Shown here one piece after another: positions 1-8,972 of a DNA stretch of 23,031 nucleotides. Source of the DNA: Lophium mytilinum (lineage: Eukaryota); the NCBI GenBank assembly GCA_010093605.1, contig MU004186.1, positions 823,765 through 846,795 on the forward strand, written 5' to 3'. The notes beneath the pieces are model-generated. The model saw only the letters and a list, made by a program, of their open reading frames with translations. It did not search any database and had not been told where the DNA came from. Every line of letters begins with the position of its first letter. Positions within the stretch are counted from its first letter, which is position 1. The translations under genes were made by a program, and so were the position numbers.

Positions 1-247
1 CAGATGTCCAACAAAGGCGACAAAGAAAGAAAGCCGAAAGGAAGCCGAAAGGAAGTCGAAGGAGGAGACACGTTTGGTGAAAGAGACAGCGACGCCGCAG
101 AGGCGTTGCACAAGGAAACAAAGACGGCGAAGAACAGGAAGGGGCACAGCGGCAGTTGAGGCTTATCAGGCGCTTAGGCAGGGATGGGTGTTGGCGAGAC
201 AGGTCGATTTTGCTGGGCCGGCATGACATGTGCATGCCGTGGGATTG

Positions 248-710
248 GCCAGGAGAATGCTGGATCGGCGGGTTGAAATTGGGCGTTTCGGGGGCGCAGC
301 GCTCCTCCAACGGCAGAGGGCAGCGGTGACGCGGACAGCAGTAGCAACACCGGCTGGACCGCAAATACGACGTTAGTGAAGTTTCGCGGGCATGAGCACG
401 AATTGGCGCGTGAAGATGAGCAAATGCGCCCACGTGCTGGGCCAAGCAGCTAATTTGTGAAAAGCCAAGATGACCAAGATGGCCAAGATGGCCAAGGCAG
501 ATCTCCCGCCCTTGGCATGAACGGCTCCGTCAACTTTAACTTCATCATCACGCTCAAGGGTCCAGCCACGCAGACCGAGTCCCAGGGTCTGCTTGATGAG
601 CCCTGGGAAAGCGCCTGACAAACGCCTGGCACCTGGATACGAGGGCGTGTTTCGACCCTGGACCACAACGGCGGAATGGGCCGAAAATAGGATCAGCCTC
701 CCATCCTGGC
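248..710. promoter_or_regulatory. Cluster of PacC/Rim101-type GCCARG sites plus a CACGTG E-box in an intergenic region
   Basis: GCCARG occurs at 248, 441, 464, 482 and 491 (+) and as CYTGGC at 511, 625 and 705 (-). CACGTG is at 431-436. GCCARG is the established Aspergillus PacC consensus. Function here is inferred. Confidence 0.5.
464..496 (+). repeat. 9-bp tandem repeat (GCCAAGATG-like) x~3.6
   Basis: Read directly as gccaagatg accaagatg gccaagatg gccaag. Confidence 0.85.
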
Positions 711-1045
711 AGGTAAAATATCCAGGCAGGGACCTCGAGGTGGTATTGTCTTTGCTTGTATTTCTTCTGTTGGATGACCGCCCCTTCCTGAATTATCTTC
801 CTGCGTATCTATTCAAGTCTCATTCGTCACGCGTTTCTCTCCATGGAACCCCGTTGTGCCGTTACCGTTTTACCCTTGCAGAATACAGAGTTTCGGCTCT
901 CGTCCGACGTCCCACCGAGCAACTTTGCCAACTCCCGTCCGAACACTGTCTAAATGACATCACGACGTCAACACTCCCCAAATGTCCTAAATCTTGAACC
1001 GCCTACTTTCTTCCAAGCCGCGGCTTCTTTCCCCTCTCTTTCGTC

Positions 1046-2623
1046 ATGTCTGCTTTAGTCTACGACGTCGTAATCGTCGGCAGCGGGAATGCAGGTTTCT
1101 GTGCCGCCGCGTCCGCAGTTGAGAGCGGTGCATCCCGCGTGCTCCTCCTCGAAAAAGCCCCCTTAGCGTGGGCAGGAGGCAATTCCACATTTACGGCCGG
1201 CGCATATCGCACAGTCTTTCGCAGCCTCGCCGACGTGCTGCCGCTGGTCAACAATGTGCCGCCAAATCTCACCCCTCAGATCGACATGGCGCCGTACACA
1301 GAAACAGACTTCTTGCACGACCTGCAACGCGTGACGAACGGGCGCTGCGACCCCCAGCTCGCAGCAGCACTTGTTGGCGAGTCGAGGGTCACGACGAAGT
1401 GGCTGGCGCAGAACGGCATCAAGTTCCAATTGAGTTTCAAACGCCAGGCGTACGAGATCGAGGGACGGTGGAAGTTTTGGGGCGGGATGGTGCTGATGGT
1501 GCAGGATGGAGGCAAGGGGCTGACGAGGCAGCACCAAGAGAATGCGAGGAGGAAAGGGGTGGAGGTGAGGTATGAGAGTCCCGTGGTGGGTCTACTCTGC
1601 AATGACGGCGGCCAAGTCACGGGCGTGAGTGTCAAAGGGGAGAACGGGAAGACTTATAGTGTGTTGGCCCGCGGCGGTGTTGTGCTTTGTGCGGGTGGCT
1701 TCGAGGCGAATCCAAGCATGAGAGCGCAATATCTCGGTCCGGGGTGGGATCTGGCATATGTACGTGGCAGCCCTTACAACACCGGTGAGTGCTTGAATAT
1801 GGCGATTAGTGAGGTGAGTGCAAAGTCGGCAGGGAATTGGTCTGGGTGCCATTCTACCTGCTGGGACGCTAATGCTCCGACGGACGCTGGTGATCAAAAC
1901 CTCACGAACCAGTTCACGAAAAGTGGATACCCTCTAGGACTGATGTTCAACGTCAATGGAAGACGCTTTGTAGATGAAGGATTAGATCTACGCAACTACA
2001 CGTACGCGAAGTTTGGTCGAGAAATCCTGGCCCAAGAGGACGGAGTGGCGTTTCAATTATGGGATGCAGAGGGTGCGAAATGGCTTCGAGAAGAAGAATA
2101 CGCCAGTGATGTCGTCGAGAGGATCTCAGCCGACACCTTAGAAGATTTAGCTGCAAAGCTCATACCAAAAGGACTCAAGAGCCCCACCAATCTGGTCGAA
2201 TCGATACGCGAATATAACAAGGCCGTCCAATCACACAGAAAGAAACACCCAGAGCTCATCTTCGACCCATCAAAGAAAGATGGTCTATCTACACGATGTT
2301 CTGCAGGGGGTCTGCAGCTCGATAAGACCAATTGGGCCTTGCCGATAGCAAAAGCTCCATTGCTTGCGGTGAAGGTTACCTGTGGAGTTACTTTCACGTT
2401 TGGAGGATTGAAGGTAGTTCCTAAGACGTCAAGTGTGGTATCTGAGTTGACGCGAAAGCCAATACCAGGCCTATATGCAGCTGGCGAAATGGTGGGCGGC
2501 TTGTTCTATGGCAACTATCCTGGGGGAAGCGGGCTTACATCTGGAGCTGTCTTTGGACGCCAGGCGGGAAGGTCGGCGGCGCAAAGAGCTACTGAACTTA
2601 AGAGCACAAGAGCGGTGCTATAG
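1046..2623 (+). CDS. tcuA: FAD-dependent oxidoreductase, tricarballylate dehydrogenase TcuA / CobZ-like (FAD_binding_2, fumarate reductase flavoprotein superfamily), intronless, 525 aa
   Basis: N-terminal Rossmann motif DVVIVGSGNAGFCAA. Also LLEKA...GGNSTFTAGA, GGFEAN..MRAQYLGPGWDLAYVRG, NWSGCHS..WD, RFVDEG.D.RNYTYAKFGR, CGVTFTFGGL and GLYAAGEMVGGLFYGNYPGGSGLTSGAVFGR. These match the TcuA/CobZ-type subfamily as I recall it. The substrate is not proven. Confidence 0.8.
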   Translation: MSALVYDVVIVGSGNAGFCAAASAVESGASRVLLLEKAPLAWAGGNSTFTAGAYRTVFRSLADVLPLVNNVPPNLTPQIDMAPYTETDFLHDLQRVTNGRCDPQLAAALVGESRVTTKWLAQNGIKFQLSFKRQAYEIEGRWKFWGGMVLMVQDGGKGLTRQHQENARRKGVEVRYESPVVGLLCNDGGQVTGVSVKGENGKTYSVLARGGVVLCAGGFEANPSMRAQYLGPGWDLAYVRGSPYNTGECLNMAISEVSAKSAGNWSGCHSTCWDANAPTDAGDQNLTNQFTKSGYPLGLMFNVNGRRFVDEGLDLRNYTYAKFGREILAQEDGVAFQLWDAEGAKWLREEEYASDVVERISADTLEDLAAKLIPKGLKSPTNLVESIREYNKAVQSHRKKHPELIFDPSKKDGLSTRCSAGGLQLDKTNWALPIAKAPLLAVKVTCGVTFTFGGLKVVPKTSSVVSELTRKPIPGLYAAGEMVGGLFYGNYPGGSGLTSGAVFGRQAGRSAAQRATELKSTRAVL

Positions 2624-2848
2624 CTATAGAGTGTTTGTCGTTCAAGGAGACGAAACCTTTAGGGAACTAGGACTCCTGCCCCGCTGGTTACTTCTCACCA
2701 TTTTGATTAGCTTGGAGGGCGCATATGTAGCGACAGAAGAGACATCGAAATTCGAATTAGGCCTGGCCATGAAACGACATAAATACTTATCTCGGCTTAA
2801 AACCTCTGATTTCTCTTCAAAACATAAGAGAACTCAATTTCGCAAGTC

Positions 2849-3565
2849 TCAAGCCTCCTCGTCAGACTGATCAGAAGGGTAGGCATCATGATGCCCGATC
2901 CCCCTCCTGTTCGTCAATTTTCCACGCTTGAAAGGCCCATCCCCCCTCATCGTTCTCACCTTTTTCCACCTCCCCTTGAAATACTTCTCCACCAATGGCC
3001 GCGTCTCCTTCTTCCCGCCATCATCTACCCCTACAACTAGCGACCCCTTGATCTGTGCCACTAGATACTCGAAGACCCTCCCGCATCACCAAACCCAGTT
3101 CCGCACCTCATCCTTAAACTCAATTGGGTCATTAGGATCCCCCCTCCTCTGCACCAGCGGCTGCTTCTCGACAATCACCAACCGCGTCAACTTCGCAAGA
3201 ATTGGTGACCAGAGCTCCGGATTCGGCATCCTGCGACTCCCGTACTGGATGCCGAAGTCTTGCCTCTCAATGCAAAGGTTGTCGGGGGGCATGTAGCAAG
3301 CAAGCTCTTTGCCGCGATCAATGTGAAAGGGGTAACAAAACATGTTTTCGCCATAGAGATTCGGGCCATAGAGATTCGGGTGGGCTTCCGCATGGATCTG
3401 ATGGTTGGCAAGTAGACGGTTCTTCTCGACGTCGCTGGTGTGCCAGGCGACGAATTGGGAGGGGTCGATCCAGATGTGGTAGGCGTCGATGGGTTCGGGG
3501 CGGACCAGAGCGTGATGGTTGATTTGGAGGGGGAGTTCAATGGGTATGTCCATCCGGTCAGACAT
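2849..3565 (-). pseudogene. Hypothetical fungal protein (degenerate F-box-like N-terminus) interrupted by one in-frame TGA; probable pseudogene
   Basis: ORFs 3086..3565 and 2849..3061 are in the same frame and join as ...NWVW*CGRVFEYLVAQIKG... across TGA at 3086-3088. There is a 15-bp tandem duplication at 3350-3379 (PNLYG PNLYG). IPIELPLQINHHALVRPEPI and QIHAEA...LYGENMF resemble motifs of fungal F-box-like hypothetical proteins (from recall). Confidence 0.55.
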
Positions 3566-4239
3566 TTCTGCGCTGCGGGTGCCTATAAAGTGGATAAGAT
3601 AGGTAGGCGTGTGGTTGAAATGCTCGGTGCAGCTGGCCAGCGTCCTTTTGCTATTTGGCCAACGTAGTTCTTGTATTCATTTAGTAATCCACTCTACAAC
3701 ACTGCAATTATGTTTTAGTTTACTTAGCTAACAAGTATACTAATAATGTACACTAGCTCATTATAGCAGTGAATAGTAGTAAATAAGGCTAGCAGATATA
3801 TAATACACGCTTTATTTAGCACCTGCACAGCTTATTATAGACGACTTTAGATAGTATAGAGATTGCTACTAATAGTAGTACTATTTAGTTAGAATAGTAG
3901 TTAGAAGTATAGTAAGGTATAGAAGATATAAAAATAAGGGAGGCTCTATAGTAATATATATATATATTAGTACCTAAGGTAACATATTATACTATTTAAT
4001 ATAATATAAATAAAATAATATATTTATAGCTTGAAAATTAGTATAAGTCTAGAGGAACCTCTAAAGCCTATAAGCTAATAGATTATAGTAGATAGGTAGC
4101 TTACTATATAGAAAAATGTCTACAAGATAGTAAATAGAGTTAGCTAGATAGTACTTGTATATTTATACTATAAGGAAGCCTGTTAAAAGAATACACACTT
4201 TAGATATTATTCTATATAACTAAAGAAATAAAAAATAAA

Positions 4240-4315
4240 AAGATATATAGATATATATATGTATAGATAGATAGATACATAGATAGATAGATGTATAGAT
4301 AGATAGATGCATAGA
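4240..4315 (+). repeat. (TA)n/(TAGA)n microsatellite
   Basis: Read directly: agatatatag atatatatat gtatagatag atagatacat agatagatag... Confidence 0.8.
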
Positions 4316-4714
4316 CTAATATACTTGCTAGTTTAAATAATATAGTAAAGGTAGATAGAGTATAGCTAGATATATATATATATATATACCTAAGACCTAA
4401 ATTATTCTATAAAATATATCATAATAGGTTATTCTATAGTAAGCTTAATTAATACACTATATATCCCTAATAGCTAAATAACTTTAAGGCGCTTAGTATT
4501 ATATACTATAGCTAATAGGGGTTCTATATAAATGCTATACTACTATATATAAAACTGCTATATAGATTAATTCTAAAAGGAGGCTATAATAGGCTGTATA
4601 ATAACCTTATATATATCTAAGTAGTTTCTATTCCTATCTTAGGAGCTAGGCTACTTATACTCCTGCTTAAGCTATAGCTATACTAGGTAAGCGTATCCTA
4701 AGCTAAGTTAGAGC

Positions 4715-5040
4715 TGTAAGTTTTATAATAGCATAAGCACAATAACCTTACGCATAATAGGCTTAAAAGCCTTTAAATGGGACGAAACTAAAAGCATTTA
4801 AACGTAATACAATAAACGTTAGATAACAATATAAGAATATTAGATAATATTATAAGAATTTTAGATATATTATAAGAATTTTAGATAACGTTATAAGAAT
4901 GTTAGAGAATTATTTTATAATGCATTAAATGCTATATATATATAACTCTGTTGCTATTAATATAGAATAGAACTTAAGTAATACAATTCCTATCTATCTA
5001 TCTATCTATCTATTCTTACATTAACTCTATACCTTTAACA
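4715..5040 (+). mobile_element. Solo LTR (subfamily A, TGTAAGTTTT...), RIPed, with internal ~21-bp unit amplified 4x
   Basis: TGTAAG...TTTAACA termini. Exact 5-bp TSD AGAGC (4710-4714 / 5041-5045). Colinear with seven other copies in the window. Confidence 0.9.
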
Positions 5041-6569
5041 AGAGCTAGTTAGAACCTAACTTTTAGCCCTGTTTTTAATAGTAAGTATTAGGACTATAGT
5101 ATTACTACTGTGCGTTAGAAAGCCTATTTAGGGACCTATAGGACTCTTATATATTAGTCTCTAAGCGCTAATTATTAAGCTAGCTTACTCTCTACTATAT
5201 AAAAGACCTTAAGCTATTCTATACTATTATATTACCTTTAAAGCGGTAGAGCTATTAGTAGGTAATAGGTTTTATTATTATCTTAGGCTATAAAGGCTTT
5301 ATTATTACTTAGAACTAGAGGGTATACTAAACTTACTATATAAGAGAATAATAACTAAAATAGAAAGCCGCCTTGTAAATCCAGCTTAACTATGCCTGGA
5401 CTATAGGTATAGTAACTAAGAGCGGTTTGCAGACGCTATCTAAATGCTATAAATAGAGGTTAATATTAGAGATGCCTAGCAGTATACACTAAAATAGGCG
5501 TCTGCCAACGGGATTTCTTTCTTTAGCACTGGCATTATCTATACATAGGCTGCCCCTATCTTAAGGCTATATTTTATATTGCGGAAAGGTTTCTAAATAT
5601 CAGCCTGTAGCTAAAATAGCCCTATTATAATGCCGTAGAGTTTATAGTAAATTTAAGAAGGATAAGTTAGTACTAGTAAAGTAAATATTTACTTGCGTTA
5701 ATTTGCATACGTTCTTTATAAATGCGAAGCACCTTAACATCTATATTATTAATGAGCTAATATAAGCAAAAAAATAGTAAGACTAGTAGATATTTTAGAG
5801 GAAGTTTAGAAGGCTTAATAGTCTATACTTAGAGACTTTTAGTAACTTTAACAGGATAGGAGTAGAGGGAGAAGAAGGTAGCGTATAGGAAATTCTATTA
5901 AGGAGGCATTTAGAAACGCGTTTACTTTATTTAGTAGCTATATAAAATCTTTTTAGATAGTAGAAAGATAAGAATTAAGAAGTTAGGGGTTATATCTTTA
6001 AATATAAAAGAGCTATAAATATTTTATTATCTTTATAAATATAAATTTATATAGATAGAAAGTAAGATAGTAGTACTATAAGTATATGCATCTAATTAAG
6101 GTAATTATAGAAGCTAGTTTAAACTTTTCTAGCTTATATTAGTAGAAGAGAGAGTTTAGGAGACTTTTAAATAGTTAGCATTTTATAGAACTATCTAGCT
6201 CTTAAGTATAAGTAGAGATATAAACTAGGTTTACTAAATAATATAGAGTTTTCAGCGCTCTCTAGCGGGTATTCTACGCTATAAACGGGCTATAACTAGT
6301 AAGAATAATACTCTAGTAGTAGTTAAAAGAGGTAATAACTTTAAGTATTTTAATATAATTTAAGTAAGCTTTTTTATTTAAGAAACTAAAGCTTTAATTA
6401 GAGCCTATAACTTTCCAGGTAGTATAATTAGGCTATAGCTTAGTAGATAGATAATAGAAAAGAAAGCTTTAACTCTTAATAAGCTAACAATACTAATCTT
6501 TATACGTAACCTAGGTTTAATATAAGTATTAGATTAAAGTTCTACTATCTATTCTTATATTAACTATAT

Positions 6570-6830
6570 TGTAAGGATTACAATAGTATAAGCGTTATAT
6601 CCTTACGCATAATAGGCTTAAAAGCCTTTAAACGGGACGAAACCGTAAGCGTTTAAACGTGATACAACAAACGTTGGATAATGTTATAAGAACGTTAGAG
6701 AAACGTTTTATAATGCATTACATGCTGTATATATACTCTATTACTTTCAATATAGAATAGAACTTAACTAATACAATTCCTATCTATCTATCTATCTATC
6801 TATTCTTCCATCCACTCTATACCTTTGACA
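6570..6830 (+). mobile_element. Solo LTR (subfamily B, TGTAAGGATTAC...ACCTTTGACA), 261 bp, nested in the 3' tip of an older LTR remnant
   Basis: Intact TG...CA. Exact 5-bp TSD TATAT (6565-6569 / 6831-6835). The flanks rejoin to ctatctattcttatattaactatatatctttaata, which matches the LTR 3' end. Confidence 0.92.
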
Positions 6831-6940
6831 TATATATCTTTAATAACTACCTATATTATATCTCTTTACTATTTATATAACTTCTATAACCTATTATTTT
6901 ACTCTACTAGTTAATTATATAGGGTTCCTATTTTTGTATA

Positions 6941-7194
6941 TACTCTTAGTAGTTTATATTAATGTAAGAGTAGATAGATAGATACTCTATTGCATTACTT
7001 CTATTCTATATTAATAGTAATAGAGTTATATATATATGCTATTTAATGCATTATAAAACGCTTTTCTAATACTCTGGTAATATTATTTTACATTTATTAT
7101 ATTACGCTTAAACGCTCGCCGTGTCCTTTTATTTAAAGGCTTTTAAGCCTACTATGCGCAAGAATAAAACGCTTATACTATTTTAGATCTTACA
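6941..7194 (-). mobile_element. Diverged solo LTR of the same family, reverse orientation
   Basis: Shared blocks tagatagatagata, atttaatgcattataaaacg and aaaggcttttaagccta; ends ...atcttaca at 7194. Possible TSD GTATA (6936-6940 / 7195-7199). The left boundary is uncertain. Confidence 0.75.
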
Positions 7195-7779
7195 GTATAG
7201 AGGCGGCTGTTAGGTGCTAATAGATAATAGGTTTATATAAAAGTGCCCTAGACTAGATAAGTAAAAGTAAGTAGATAAGAGTAGACCAAACCATAAGCTA
7301 AGCTAGATTTCATCTTAATGTAGCCCCAGCAATGCTGGGGTTATAGAACCGGTGGGGCTTTAGAACTTATAATTATACTAACATAGTACAATAGTCTAAA
7401 GGCACTCAAATAAATAAATAGAGACTACTAAGCTTTCCCTTACTAATTTTACATTAGTTTATCTATCTATAAGCCACCCTAGTAAGTTGAATAAAGTAAT
7501 AGGAATCTTTAGTATATAGCATTCTAATAGTAGGTTTATAAGGTAGTAATAGTAAGATAGTAAATATTATAAGATATTATACAAATTCCCTTTTTATTAG
7601 GCTAGTAGAGTTTATTAGCTCTTAATAAGTATTTCTTGCCTTTCTTATGTTTTTAATGCGCTATCTTCAGCGCTATTAGCATGCTTTAACTTTTACCCCC
7701 TAATACTTATTTTAACCTAGAATAAAAACTAGAGGAACTAGGTAAGTAATATATATCTATCTACTAATCTATCTCTTAA

Positions 7780-7793
7780 CCTGTATATCTATC

Positions 7794-7844
<51 letters not shown>

Positions 7845-8035
7845 CTATTTATCTATCTAAGTGTCTAAATATCTTAATATCTTGATATCTTACCATCTAC
7901 CCAATTTATCTATCTATCTATGTATATATTAATCTTTTGCTTTATCTTTCTACTTATTTTTCTATTCATCTTTCTATTTATCTTTCCATTTATCTTTCCA
8001 TTTATCTTTCTTTTTATCTTCCTGCTTACATTTAT
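7780..8035 (+). repeat. (TATC)n microsatellite followed by a degenerate 12-bp minisatellite (TTTATCTTTCCA)n
   Basis: Read directly: ctatctatctat... and tttatctttcca tttatctttcca tttatctttct. Confidence 0.8.
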
Positions 8036-8308
8036 CTCGTTCTTTTTAATAATATACTTTAGAAAGTATAGTATTAGTCTTTAATATATTCTTTCTCTAG
8101 ATCTTAAAAGTTATAAACGCCTTAGGTATACTATACTCTATATAGCAAGGTACCTAACAAAGTATTCTCCTACATTTAGTTAGATTATTATTAAGGTTAA
8201 GTGACTAATACTATATGCTCTCTTGGCTCTATCTATAATATTATTTTAAATCAATAGACTATAAATTATTACTCTCTTCTTTAGTACTACTATGTTTCCT
8301 TTTATATA

Positions 8309-8972
8309 GGAGGAGCTTAATTATCACCCGCCCTTTCTCTGCGTATAACCCCCCTTTTCTTTATATATTACCCCCCCCCCCCTCCTTATATTAGGGCTAG
8401 CTCTGGCCCGTAATAATATTGTTCCACTAATCCAACTCACTCGCTTGCCTGCTCGTGCTCAATAAATGAGGAATTCACGTCACCAGCGCACCTCTCTCGA
8501 TGCATTACCAGCCTCACCACCATGCCGGACAAGCAACGCACTCCAACAGCTACTTAGGGCTCAATTCCCTTAGTCGCCAATAGCTAACTAGGCCCTAAGG
8601 ATGCCCCTATGTCCACGCCTAAGGAAGAGGCTGCCCGCGGTGAAGGAACTGGAGGATATTTGGGTGTGAGGCGATGGTATACAGACCTAGTCGGCGTTCC
8701 TTTCAGCCAGGAATTAGACAATAGCTATCTAGGCGCCTTCGGCTTATAAGTAGCTACAATAGATAGAGTAATTAGAGTTCTGTTGGCCTAGATAGAGCAG
8801 CCTTTTTGTTTTATAATGCATACTTACTAAGTCTAAATAGAGGCAAACAAGTAACTTTAATTAGTGGGACAATATTAATACGGACCGGAGCTAGCCTAAT
8901 ATAGGGGGGGTAATATACAAAGAAAAGGGGGGTAATACGTAGAGAAAGGGGGGGTAATAACTAAGCTCCTCC
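8309..8972. mobile_element. Non-autonomous DNA transposon (MITE-like, 664 bp), ~115-120-bp TIRs, GG...CC ends, 8-bp TSD; Mutator- or Merlin-like
   Basis: Left end GGAGGAGCTTAATTATCACCC...GTTCCACTAAT (8309-8431) is the reverse complement of ATTAGTGGGAC...CTAAGCTCCTCC (8860-8972), with RIP-type mismatches and poly-C length differences. Exact TSD TTTATATA (8301-8308 / 8973-8980). Confidence 0.88.

Noticed and set aside
373..997. Short ORFs 373..666, 450..668 and 593..997
   Set aside because: No recognisable motifs. The low-complexity AILAIL/WPSWPS stretches come from the 9-bp repeat, and the region reads as promoter/UTR.
3083..3088. Selenocysteine reading of the in-frame TGA (W-U-C)
   Set aside because: Ascomycetes are not known to have Sec machinery, I recognised no SECIS, and the protein has no redox fold. 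A nonsense mutation is simpler.
4815..4912. CRISPR-like array
   Set aside because: These are head-to-tail 21-bp tandem units without unique spacers, inside a fungal LTR.
4715..6830. Full-length LTR retrotransposon or TRIM bounded by the 4715 and 6570 LTRs
   Set aside because: Each LTR has its own TSD and they belong to different subfamilies, so they are independent solo insertions.
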